A DNA stretch of 60,505 nt, taken from positions 1 through 60,505 of the forward strand of contig KZ538588.1 of NCBI GenBank assembly GCA_000934665.2, given 5' to 3'. Under the pieces are notes generated by a model, which searched no databases, was not told the DNA's origin, and was given only the letters and a program-made list of their open reading frames with translations. Origin of the DNA: Catajapyx aquilonaris (Eukaryota). Both the position numbers and the translations under genes were made by a program. Of the stretch, positions 12,613-24,819 are shown one piece after another. Each line of letters opens with the position of its first letter. The first letter of the stretch is position 1.

Positions 12613-12710
12613 CACTCGAACCCAAATAATTACGCCCAGCTATTCAAACCTGCTCATATTTAGATATTGGCAGGTTTAAATAACTAGAAGTAATTATTTG
12701 GGTTCGAGTG
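12613..12710. mobile_element. 98-bp hairpin MITE, CACT termini, putative 3-bp TSD GTT (CMC-like)
   Basis: GTT|CACTCGAACCCAAATAATTAC...GTAATTATTTGGGTTCGAGTG|GTT. Confidence 0.72.
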
Positions 12711-13540
12711 GTTCTCCTGCTGCTATAATGCTTGTATAACAACCTGCCGACAGGTATTTTGATCTACTTTACCCTCGCCCGACCTAACCTCCCAAAGCTA
12801 ATGGATAGACCAGTATGAGTGATTATTTTAACCCACTTAACCCTGACTTAACCTTACTGACCAAACCTAATGGATTCATTTTGACGCAGTTATTTTTAAT
12901 GTACATTAACCTAGCCTAACCAACATTTGAGAAGAAATATACCAATTTGACCCATACCCTAAACCAAATACATGCAGATATTGCTACGTGTGTAAAACGC
13001 TTTGACTCTCTCCTGTTGTTTTATATTTATAATATTCCACGGACAAATAGTGGAGCACATTTAGCAAGTAGACTACCAGCAAGCGATTGCCGTCGTTGAA
13101 ATTTTTAGATTCGCTTTATTTCAACTGAAAGTGTTAACTTGCCCCCAACAAATTAAAAGTGCGACAGCGTTGAAACCAAGCCAGAACAAACACTCACATT
13201 CGAGCACAAATCAGCACAAACGATTGACGTTGAAATTCGAAAGTGCTTCCCACCCCCCTCCCCGACAAACGCTCATTGGTAGCGAATAAGTCTCACAACC
13301 GCGACACCCAGGTTCAAATCCATCCTACTCGTCCGAATTTGGAGCCCTTTTTCTGGAACATCATTTTTGCAGACTTTTAATAAATTCAAAAATGCCAATT
13401 AATTTGGAATATATCTACGTGGATTTTGTTATAGCCAGTTTTTAGGTAACTAAATAAAGAATCTTTTGACATCGAGCAATTAACTGCAACTTTAACATTT
13501 AGGAAGTTATACCGGAAAAACGAATTGGGGGGGGGGGGGG

Positions 13541-13790
13541 NNNNNNNNNNNNNNNNNNNNNNNNNNNNNNNNNNNNNNNNNNNNNNNNNNNNNNNNNNNN
13601 NNNNNNNNNNNNNNNNNNNNNNNNNNNNNNNNNNNNNNNNNNNNNNNNNNNNNNNNNNNNNNNNNNNNNNNNNNNNNNNNNNNNNNNNNNNNNNNNNNNN
13701 NNNNNNNNNNNNNNNNNNNNNNNNNNNNNNNNNNNNNNNNNNNNNNNNNNNNNNNNNNNNNNNNNNNNNNNNNNNNNNNNNNNNNNNNNN
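13541..13790. other. Assembly gap (250 N) flanked by poly-G
   Basis: Run of N. Confidence 1.
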
Positions 13791-16700
13791 TTTGGGGGGG
13801 GGCATGGGAGAAACTATTCTGTATTAATAACCCCCCCCCCCCGCTCGTTTTCAAAGCGTACATTATAGCGTTTTTGACTTAACAAAAATGCCGAAATGCG
13901 AATGGTTCAGAAAATGCCCATAAGACGTTGTGGCTGATTCTGGTTTTCTACTCCGCGATGTGGGCTAATAATAACCTTATTGTTGTTTGGCGAATTGGTG
14001 AAAGGAAAGGCAGAAATTATTTTTTTAGCTCCTGAACGGCCCCTGGGCAGAAAGATGTGATTGTTAGGCGTTATAGGGGGTGATAGATGGAGACCTTTGA
14101 GTTGGTGTTCCCCCTCTCGATGAGTGTTTCCGATCAGTATAGCGTCTGGGACAGTTCCAAAGACTACGTGTGTTACATGATGGTGTGAGTTTTGTATGAA
14201 ACAAGGCCGCGCGACAGCGCGGCCGTTAGAAAAAATCACGGTTAGAATGAAATCGGAAGTGATTACTGAGGTGATCTGAGGTGATACACTTGGTGCTGCC
14301 GCCTGCCTGCCCCCCTCTGCCCCCCCCGGCCCACTCCCGAGGGGGGGGCATTGCCCCCCCTGCCCCCCCCCGTTCCGCCGGGCCTGGGGGCAGGTGAAAT
14401 ATGCTAGTTAATTAAAATCATATAATATTTTGCTGGGCGTAGGAAGATAGTTCCATGAATGCAGAATGAATAACGCTTCCTACATGCAGCACTGTCTGCA
14501 GGTAAATAAAACATACCTATGTACCCCCGCGAGCATAAAGATGGAGACGGCAGGCCCTTTTTTGACCTTTCTTTATCCGACTCAAATGAATGAACTCTTT
14601 TTGGACCGAGTTAGCTGCTTCAGGCGTGTGTTCGTGTATTTATGACAGTATATTTGATACCGTAATAGCTGAGATTGGCAGAGCAGCCAGCCGAAGGTGA
14701 GGGCCTGCCGTCTCCATCTTTATGCTCGCGGGTGGTACATGACCTTCCTTTGAAGAGAAAAATTTCCCCCACACTGATGAAGGGGTCTCTCCTCGGAGTG
14801 ACTGGTATCCTGTCTAATCAGGGCAACCCATGCGTCTCTCTTGCGCAACGGGAAGGCAGCCTCACAGGATGGAATGGTTTTGCATCATACAAATTGTGTC
14901 ACGTCCGATGCTAACAGGAAATGACTCATAACGTGGTTCTGTAAATGCTCACAATAAATTGCAATTACATCCTTTTCAGAAGTAAACTTGTTACGAGGTC
15001 AAAGTGCAGTTTACGGCCGGAACCCACGTGACCAGTCACTCCCAGTTATAAAAATTGAATAATAAGGGCATGAAAACATTGTCACTAAATCATGCAAATT
15101 CTGCGCCTATTCCAGAAATGTCATTATTACAGTCGTTGAAAAATGGACACAGGGATTTAATTTGCGATTTAAAAGTACTCCTATTGTAGTTGTCATGGAA
15201 ATAACAACTATAGCCTCACAAGGTCAGTTCTCTTGGTATTTTCGCACATTTTTGCAAATCGCATTTTTATAACTAAGGCGCATAAGAAGCAAATTCCATG
15301 CTTCGGGTCCTCTCATTCAATTTTGATTAGTTCATTTATACTGTATTTGTCTGGTAATGATCAGTACATGAAGCACGTTTGAACTTTTGCAACTTTTGAG
15401 AGCATCATTCTCTGCTGCAGAAGCTTCCATTCCTCAATAAGTTCAGAAGTACTGCAGCAGCGGGATGTCGTACACAATCAAATAAATCCGACATATAACC
15501 CGGAACTGATTGAGTGAACTTGTGACATCGTCAAGACAACAAAGGTTGGGGCTGGGCCCAACTAGAGTAAAAAAATGGAGATAGAAAAAAGCGAATTCAG
15601 GATTGGAGGCTGAGAATGTGCTTGTCCACCTCCAATTGATGGGTCTTCTTCTTGAGAGCTGGCCCTCGAGATGCGAGTCAGGTGTAAGGTGCAAGCAAGC
15701 GTTTCATTCCCGCCACTTCAATTTTACCTCCTTGCCTCCCACAGAAATTGGCGCCGGAGCCAATTTCGACCCCCTTTTCATCCCTCTGCCCCACATTCGC
15801 CCTGAAGACGGGGAAAATTCTTCCACCCGACACTCACGCCCCAAAAATTATCTGTGAATACAAGACTTGAAGTCTAATAAAGGAAGAGACGAGGGCTAAA
15901 TGAACTCAAGAGCTCCAGAATTTTAAACGCGGCAGGAAAAATGAAATAAAATTAAACATGGACCTCACTTCAGTATATCCCTACCAACGTCAAAAAATGC
16001 TGCACATTTCACCTAGGAGACAGCGTCAAAAAAGTGATGTCTGCATAACAAATAAATTTTTTGTATATAGGGCTTTTTCCTTGAGACGGCAGATCAACGT
16101 TTGATGTGGGCGTTGAGGATTAATTTGCAAATAGCGTCCTTATAATATTGGTTAAAGAGTTTGGGCCACCTCATCAACGTCCTACAATATGTAAAGATCG
16201 TATAGACCAGATTTATAAGTCTTGAACATGCTTGTTTCTCTGGTGATCCCATCAGTCTGTAAGTAGTTTATATAGTTATTTAACGAGATAAACAAAAAAA
16301 ATAATGCAAAAAGGTCCACAAAGGTATCATATGATGGCCTGGAATGCAGAACGATCCTTAGTCGCATTTTGGTCGAAATTGAGTTATGCATACAGTACTC
16401 ATCAAATGGCAATTTCTGATGGTAAAGCCAGCTTTATTAGAAAGATTAATTTTTGAGAATAACAATAATAATCCCTGAATTAAAACTTCATATCTCGTAA
16501 TCAGACAAATGTGATTATGGTCTTTCTGCATTACAGGGCTTCCCATGCTATATGCATTTCTGTTCCTTGCAGCATTCTGTACTCTGGAACTAGCACACAA
16601 TCCAAAAAACGAGGGGCAGGGTACCAGTTCCGAACTGAGACTCGCGCCTAAGCTCTCTTTCCACTGATAAGATTTAGGCTAATTCCGTCCAGCATACTGC

Positions 16701-16988
16701 TAAGCCCCGGACTGGCCCCGGGGCCACCGTTTAGGATCGATGCCCCACTTCTGCCTGTCCAGTTCCATGGCTGTACACGTCGTATACATTCACCAAAAGC
16801 AGTAACTGTACTCGCAAATCGCGGCACTGCGGTTACACGAGTCAGCCTGCCTTCTGAGAAACTAAATTAGGAGAAGAAGACCCCAGTTCCCAAGAAAAAC
16901 AAAAGAAACCACTCCCGCCGACCGGTTCAAACACCTGATAGGATCGGCCACACAATTTTTATTTTTCTGATCGCATTTTATTTAAATG

Positions 16989-17019
16989 GATGATGATGAT
17001 GATGATAATAATAATAATA

Positions 17020-17049
<30 letters not shown>
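16989..17049. repeat. Compound microsatellite (GAT)n(AAT)n(ATT)n
   Basis: Directly visible; the AAT and ATT parts are self-complementary. Confidence 0.95.
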
Positions 17050-17052
<3 letters not shown>

Positions 17053-20000
17053 ACTAAAGAAGGTGGCTATTAGGAAACGAAATATGCAACAAACGACCTG
17101 TTTGTGCTTCTTCTTGTGTAGTACAACATGCTGAACATTGTACTATTCCTCTCCCAAATGCCTTTTTGAGGTTTGCACTAATCTCGCAGGAGAAAGGTAG
17201 CCACGTAATATATTATGAAATCCAGAGACTGTTTAAACGTAGGAATCTTATCGAAACCGCAGGATCTGGAAACTGTGACTAGTAAGACGTGCCAGCGATC
17301 CCCAGGCTTAAGTTCCACAGTTAATTGCGTTGCATTCTGGAAGGATAGGGGGCTGGGTGAGTTTGAGGAGGGGGAGCTTATCACGTGAAAGCCGCGATTT
17401 ATATTAAAACACATTAATCACTTCCCTTATGAATTAGTCCCTGGGTAGTGTCAGAATAAACTCGGCGTTTCTGCGTGGAGGGAGTTGGGCCCTGTTTTTG
17501 GAGGAAAGAGGGGAAGGTACATGGGGGGAAAGTAGGGAGGGCGGGAGGGAAGAGGAGGGGTGGAAAAATGTTGTATCCCGCGAGGGGAATATCAATTTGG
17601 CAAACTTTATAACGACAGACTGGAAAATGGCCCCCATAGTCAGAATGCGGTTGCAAGGATTTATCACCGATGGTTTTAAGACGATGCTGGAAGATTGGAG
17701 CCCATGTGTCTTGTGGGCCACAAAACTATACCGCCATGCCTTATCGATGCCGCTACGGACAAATCATTTGATCTGTAGTGACAAGACTAGACGTAGAAAA
17801 AAAAAGTAAGAAACAAAAGATAGCGGAGGTTGGAGGGGTCCAGCGACCTTTAATCCAATCAAAGCCCGATCGATCATCGCCTGCCGTCTTCCCAGGCGCC
17901 TTTTCCCAGCTGCCATACTGCTAATTGGCTACAGCGCCACAGGGACAATACTTGCGCTATTTGGTGAGTTATATTCACCGGAGGGCTCTTACATTCTGGT
18001 TCGTCCCCAGCAGGGACCGCAAAACATTGGAGCTCATGCTCTCCAAACAATCTTCACTTAAAACGCGCGTTACACAAAACCCCAACTTGCTCTTCAACAA
18101 CTTGGGATAACTTTGCAGCCCTATGAACAGATGGCTCCATTCAAAGTTGCTATTGCCGTCATGCAGACAGAATTAGAAACGTGTTGTTTCACACTCAGAG
18201 TCATTTCATTGTCGATGCGAAATGTTTACAATCCCAGATAATTGTTAATTAATGCAACTGGACTACTCCAGGGCCGATTAATTCCGAAGCGCAGCATGCA
18301 CTTTGCCTACTCTATATAGAGTAGTTATCGCAGCCTATTAAGGATCTCCACTGCTGAAACCTAATAGTGTTCAACGCTGTTATAGTCCAGACCACATGAC
18401 GACAGTATCGCTTTCAGACCCAAACTTTTTATAACCTAAGTTTTATTTCCACTCCATTTACCCCCGCAATACTGGACCTGATATACAGTATACTCGAGCA
18501 TGTGGTCAATAATGCTTCAACAGTGTGCTTGTACAAGGCAAGGACTCTGCCAAATTCATTAGAATAAGAGTATTTTATTTCTTGGCAGATAAGTCCCGAG
18601 AGAAGAGGAATTAATTCCCTTCCTTAAAAATCCGGGCATCGAATCCGGGCAGAGCTTCTCCCTTTTCTGCAATTGCCTTTTACGCTGCTGGCAATTAGAG
18701 GCGCCTTTTACGGCCAGAGTTTGCCTTAGAAGCCAATCGGGCCCCGTCTTTACGAGCTTGGCCGACCCCCCTTCTCCCCCACAAGTCCCCCCTCCACCCT
18801 CGCCCCTTTTCCGGATAGATATCTCCAGAGGCCTAAGGCGCCTTATATAGCTGCCGGAACTTGCCGGATTTTCGGTATTTTCCGGCGCGTTTACCGCGCG
18901 CCTTTTGTTTCTTAGGGTTCCTCTGCGCCATTTCTGCCAGGAATTATTCATCAGCCATTTGTATACAACACTTCTGGGACATATTCCAATTATGGCGTCA
19001 ATAGCCAGGGTCACAAAACTCACTATACGATGTCGTGTGTTCTTCATCTACCCGTGCTTTAAAATTCCATTTATGTCACTTGTCAACTTTTATGGTGGGT
19101 GGATCTAAATCATTGACGTTTAACAATGGGTGTGGGCACCGTGTCTAGAATTTAATATGACATCTGGAGAATTATTACCAAACTGCCTAGCGAGATAAGA
19201 ACTCCATATTGTGGTCTCTGTATAATGTATGAACAGAGGCAAGATTGCAACGGAAAGTAGCCTAGTTAAGTATAGTGATGTGATGTTTAATAGCTCAGTG
19301 TAGCCTAAGTCATTTTTCTCTGCGTGACATAAAAAAGCATCATTATACGTACACTATCCTGTGTGTAACAGATTGCTCTTACGTCATTTGTCCTTGCACA
19401 GAGCGGCACAGAGCTATTAGTTTAACAACCATCGCCATAATGGTCATAAGCATTATTATAATACCATTAACATTGTGCATATTGAATTACGCTAATTATT
19501 ATTCATATTGCAGGCTGACTGAAATGTACTCTATGTGCATAACTAACCACATAATTTCATACACACACGCTTTAAGAGCAATGTTCAGCTACTGTGGTGA
19601 GGTCAGCTGATGGGCACAGCAGAGGTTGCAGTTGGGATTGGGCACTCTTTCCGTGGTGAGCTCGACATGTCAGGATTCGGAGCACGTTTTCCTGCAAAAG
19701 TGGGATGACGCCATTTCGGACTCATCCAACGAGCTCCGTTCCACATTTGAGACTGAACTTTGCCCGACTCTACCGCATAAAAATATATACGGATATATGT
19801 ATATAATTACGCAAAAGAAAGTGAGCCAAGGAAAATTTCCCCTTTCCAACTTGCAATACTTCCGAATATATTATTTATCTTTGCGCTCTGTGCCGGGATT
19901 ATCTCACAGTTTCCGTGACTCTCAGGATTAATTTGAAATGAGGCCGTGTCAAGAGCCATAACCTTGGAGCAGAGCACGAGTAGCCTACCTTTCATGAGCG

Positions 20001-20411
20001 CAATCCATAAAATACCCAATGCAGCCACTCTTTACGTATTCCCGACAAATATTATGCAGTACACCTGATTATGAAACATTATATTGCTTACCTGATGCGA
20101 CAGAGTATGGTAAGCTTTTAAATGATTTCCAAAAATCAGTTAAACACAGGTTTACACGTGATGTTGATCAGTCTGAAAGTGAGCGCTCCAACATGTACAG
20201 TACAGCGTCGAAAAAACTTAATATCTCACTTGGAATACGAAAATTCACATTGAAATTTCATATTAAAGAGAGTTAACGTAATCTAACTGTAACAACAATT
20301 AGGTCCTGCCTCGTAATTTCCATACTGAGTCTTTAAAATCACGTCGGAAACATTATTATAATGCTCATTTATCTGGCTGATTTCCATACTAAAAATCTGT
20401 GACAATGGCGA

Positions 20412-20716
20412 AATAGACTCTTTGTTTTCTCACAAAGCATGGCAATTCAAACGATAATACAGGGTGTTTCAACTTTTTGTCCGAACATTTATCGGAAATA
20501 TTGCACTAAGCTGCTACTTTGTAAGCAGTTATGCCACTTCAACCTACGATTCGCAGGGAATATTCCCCATTCCTCCGACAAACCGGTTGCAAGTCACTGC
20601 TTACAAAGTAGCAGCTTATAGTGCAATATTTCCGATAACTGTTCGGACAAAAAAGGTGAAACACCCTGTATTATCGTTTGAATTGCCATGCCTTGTGAGA
20701 AAACAAAGAGTATATT
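20412..20716. repeat. Outer inverted repeat (~47-bp arms) symmetrically enclosing the 20460 MITE
   Basis: ACTCTTTGTTTTCTCACAAAGCATGGCAATTCAAACGATAA is inverted relative to TTATCGTTTGAATTGCCATGCCTTGTGAGAAAACAAAGAGT. Confidence 0.9.
20460..20668. mobile_element. Tc1/mariner-type MITE
   Basis: TA|CAGGGTGTTTCAACTTTTTGTCCGAACA...TGTTCGGACAAAAAAGGTGAAACACCCTG|TA, with ~70-bp TIRs. Confidence 0.92.
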
Positions 20717-20761
20717 AAGAATTTATGACAACATAAAGTAATTGTCAGTTTGGAATTCCTT

Positions 20762-20767
<6 letters not shown>

Positions 20768-20833
<66 letters not shown>
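20768..20833. repeat. (GTA)n microsatellite
   Basis: Directly visible. Confidence 0.97.
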
Positions 20834-22815
20834 ACATTCTGCTGAATACAGAATACATAATATTGCAGAAAAAGCAACTTACTGCAGAATATATTGAGAG
20901 CCACTTGTCAAAGCAAAGCCCTGCAGAAAATTTCCGGAATTTAAAATTTGAACAATGTTATTCCATCCCTTCCTTTACTCCAATCTGTTTATTTGTCCCA
21001 CTTACCATCAATACACCAGTAATTGCTTTTTTTTCGTTCTTGTGGACTTGGCTTTTGCTATGACCTTCACAATGAAGGGTACCGTCTGCCTTAATCTGGC
21101 GGATGCACTCGATTCCCATTACGCAAGACAAACTTTTCCACGCTGCCAGACTCACTAGGAATGGCAAAGTGTGTCGGCAAAAAGGTAACGACGACGACGC
21201 GGGTGGATAGGAGGGGCTTTGAAAATACATGTCATTTGCAAAATGAGACCCCCTTTCGCCCCTCTCCTCCCTCCCTCCCTCCCTCCCGCCTTGCCCGCCA
21301 CATCCTCCCCGAGCTCCTTCGTACCTTCGTTTCCAAGTTAATCTCATGAAAATGCAAATGACAGTGGTGCAGACAAGAGAGAGAAAGTGTGCTGTATTCA
21401 CAAGCCTTTCTGCTCTTCCCGTGCTTTGATTTTGTGTGAGGCGTCCCATCCCACCCATACTTTGACTGCACTGCGTTCACGCCATTCGTGGTCATCACCG
21501 CTGGCTGTCTTATTGTGTAGACAGATTTGTACACAATTAGCCTAAAGCCATAAATGGTCAAGGCTAGTTGTTTGGCTTGCCGTTGTGATGACGTCAAGTA
21601 GTACTGTACTACATTTTTTCCAGCGGAATACGGTGTTTTGCAAGTATTGGGGTCATTATTTTTCGAGTCTTTTAGTTATTGCAAAAGAAAAAATGGTCAT
21701 TTTTGTGTAACTCTTTACGCTCCATTGGACGTGTCCAATTATTCTTAGTGTGATCGAAAACAGCACCTGCTATAATTATAATTGGGCACTTCGACCTTTG
21801 GGCGAAATGCGATGACTAAAAGGACCCGAATACCTGGAACACATGCTGTACTGTATGCCACAATAATGATCTTGCCAAGTAAGAGAACGAATCAGTTTGT
21901 AGGATACCTGGAACTAAGTCGTCATGCTCCTTGAATATCATCTTTAATAAACGAAATGTGAATCAAAGGAGTGGTTGTCATACACAAGGCCATCAAAATA
22001 CCATTAAATTATAGTAGATGTGCAACACTGTGACCCTACATCTCAGCTTAGACCCCTGGTTTCCAATAATTCAATCATACACTTTTCTACTAAACATTAT
22101 GAAGCATTTATAGTCTATACGGACATGAAACTTACTGATAGAAGTAGCCCTAAACAAGGAAGACCGATGTTTTACAGAATAAATTCCCTATCTTGCTATC
22201 ATTATTTTTCACTCCTTAAATCAATCTCAGAACTGACGGTGAAACAACTGGTAATGAATAATTGACGAGAAATAGAATTATGGGTCAAGAACCACGTGAA
22301 AGTTCTGATATAAGCAACTCGTGCTTAGGAACCCATCCGGTCGGAAGCCACGAGAAATTCCTTAAAAGGCCACTGATAAAACGTTCCTAATTACAGTTTG
22401 AAGATTTGTAGAAACACGACCCAAGGCACCCCAGTGCAACTCGGTTTTTTTCATATAGGTTACCCCTCCGACCCCCGTCACTTTCGCGCGGCAAGGCCAG
22501 GCTTATCAGTAGTTAGGTAGGGTGCCGCATCGCTTGAGTTTGTGGCGCTTTTGTCCCGTTTTTTTAGTGCTCTACGCCCGTGTCTACGCCGGTCCACATA
22601 CAGAAAACCGGGTGGGGGAACGCGACGAACCAAGACTCCCAAACCGCCAATTCAAATCTAGTAGCAGCCCCATGTCACTTCCCCCTATTTGTATGGATAT
22701 GGTGCCTGTGTCTCCGCCAGATTTGACTTTTGGCTCTGGCGGCGCTACTTCGTTCGCTATCCGCCATCTTCTTCAAGGTGCACTCTAGTGGTAGGTCTGC
22801 CGACACACACCCACA

Positions 22816-23175
22816 CAGTTCTGTTCTGAATTAGCTGTGGGGACGTGAAAATGCCACTTTTCGAAGCTAGTGTAAACTAAACTAACCTAAACTAACCTAA
22901 CCTAACCTACCCTACCCAACCCTACCTAAACTACCCTACCCTCACTCACCTAGGCTGAGAAAAATGGACTTTTGTGAAACCCTACGAATGAAAATAGTGG
23001 GGACATGTCCCCACTATTTTTTTCACGTCCCCACTGTAATAGTACACAGCGCGTGTTTTTTAGTGGGGACCTGAAAATGTCCCCACAATTAAATTGTGGG
23101 GACACACGTCCCCGCAGCTATAGTAAAATCACAAAAACACACAAACTTCCGTCCCCTGAGCTAATGCAAGACCTG
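22816..23175. mobile_element. Non-autonomous DNA element in a (CA)n tract, with repeated GTGGGGAC/GTCCCCAC motifs and an internal (CCTAA)-like array
   Basis: About 9 copies of the motif in both orientations; imperfect TIR CAG.TCT...ATTAGCT..GGGGACG; CA-rich flanks on both sides. Confidence 0.6.
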
Positions 23176-23246
23176 TACACCCACACACACACACAACACT
23201 CCTCGGCCGTGACCCAAGGCATACAATAGATGTATCTAACAAGACA

Positions 23247-23594
23247 GGGGGAGGCACGGTTGCCGAGATGGTAACGTCTCGGCTTGCTATGCGAAAGGTC
23301 CCAGGTTCAAATCCCCGCCTGGGAACAAATTTTTCGCGCCTAAGGAGGCGTCTTGGCAACCTGACCTCCTGGGGGACTGCACCTGGCCCACCGCTGGACA
23401 ATGCACCTGCACATGTCCCCCCTCCCCAAAACCCCCAACCCTTACCCCATTTCCTAGTAATCCTTGCACCGGAGTTCGAAGAAAAATACCATAGAAAGCT
23501 GTATGGTGGTCTGCCACCCCCCTATAACGACCAAGTGTTGTATCACGGGGTAAATAAATTTTTTGAAAAAATAAATGAATAAAAAATAAAAAAA
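23247..23594 (+). mobile_element. tRNA-derived SINE, family A, full length
   Basis: A box TTGCCGAGATGG, B box GGTTCAAATCC, A-rich tail, and a perfect 15-bp TSD GTATCTAACAAGACA (23232-23246, 23595-23609). Confidence 0.93.
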
Positions 23595-23877
23595 GTATCT
23601 AACAAGACATTGCAATGTTGGTAGCCGTATAATTTATTATACCCATTCAAACGCTCTCCTGGGCAAGTATTATGATACTCAGAGATATTACACTTTAAAA
23701 ATAAAATACCACAATCTTCATGGAAATAAAATGCTTAAAAAATAGGATCTCCGATGTCAATCTGAAAACAACGTATTAGCAACGAAGTGATTATTGCGTA
23801 TTATAATTAGCCAGAGATCTTTTAACACTGATATCTGAGCATGGAGCATTCAAATTAGCATTGATTACGTAAATCAA

Positions 23878-23950
23878 CCCAGGGAATCGAACCCAGGACC
23901 TCCCGATTAGCAGGCGGACTCCTTAACCACTACACCAACCTGCTTCGGTG
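23878..23950 (-). mobile_element. SINE family B, tRNA-like head only
   Basis: TCGAACCCAGGACCTCCCGATTAGCAG...TGCTTCGGT matches ~8825-8890 and ~35820-35880. Confidence 0.75.
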
Positions 23951-24137
23951 TCTTTTTCCAATAATTGTTACCTACAAATATTTGTATTTTGAATTTGAAG
24001 CGTTTGAATATTGAAGGTAACAGTTCTTGGAAAAAGATGTCCAAGTAGACTAATAATGGTAATGAACAGGATCATCAAATGTTAAGTATTTCAGCCATTT
24101 GCCAAATTACAATATGGTGATTTATTTCTAGCATCTA

Positions 24138-24819
24138 CAGGGTGTCTAACTCGCTACTTTACTCGTCATTTCTTCAATAACTTTAACACGAATGAAGCTA
24201 TCACAACGAAATTTGAACTGACCTAACCTTATTATGTGAGAAAGGATATGGATTCACAAAATAAGCTGGAAATGGCCACCATTTGCATCCAGGCAAACCT
24301 GAACGCGACGCTCCATATTTTGGAAGGTCCTGGCCAGCATGTCCTGTGCCACGTACTACAGGTACTTGAATTTCTTGGATGCTGTTTTCTTTCAAGGTGT
24401 CGATGGATCGTGGTATGTTTCGGTACACATGCCCTTTCACAAAGCCTCATAAGAAGCAATTAGGCGGCGTAAGATCGGGGCGACCGTTGTGGCCAAAGTC
24501 CCTTAGAAATGACCAGGTCGCCTACAAAAGATGGCATTATGATGTGTGGCATGTGTACCGAAACAAACCATGATCCATTGACACACATTGAAAGAAAGCA
24601 TCATCCAAGAAATTCAGGCAGTGCCTCAGGACATGCCGGCCATCAGGACCTTCCAAAACGCCTCCCTGAAAGCAAATGGTGGCCATTTCCAACACATGTT
24701 GTGAGCCATTTCCTTTCTCACATAATTAGGTTAGTTCAGTTTAAATGTCGTTGAGATATCTTCAATCGTGTTAAAATTATTAAAGCAATTCCGGGTAAAG
24801 TAGCGTTTCGGACACCCTG
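24138..24819. mobile_element. Fold-back Tc1/mariner derivative with transposase C-terminal remnants in both arms
   Basis: CAGGGTGTC...GACACCCTG termini and ~280-bp inverted arms. The minus strand decodes (with frameshifts and a stop) WPQRSPDLTPPNCFL*GFVKGHVYRNIPRSIDTLKENSIQEI...MLARTFQNMERRVQVCLDANGGHFQLIL*. Confidence 0.92.

Noticed and set aside
12775..12965. CCTAA-like repeats as an interstitial telomere (also 22876-22950)
   Set aside because: Degenerate, short and dispersed; more consistent with internal repeats of non-autonomous elements.
14771..14810. CTGATGA motifs as hammerhead ribozyme cores (also ~11302, 26162, 54446)
   Set aside because: No correctly placed stem II plus GAAA and flanking helices were seen.
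20958..21458. Longest ORF (166 aa) with an internal GTAAGT donor-like site near 21005
   Set aside because: Low-complexity GGGA-derived content and no family similarity; the candidate exon frame starting SG hits a stop.
23247..24819. SINE A next to the fold-back mariner, seen again at 54637-55773, as a segmental duplication
   Set aside because: Order and orientation are inconsistent with direct or inverted duplication, TSDs differ, and the intervening sequence is unrelated.
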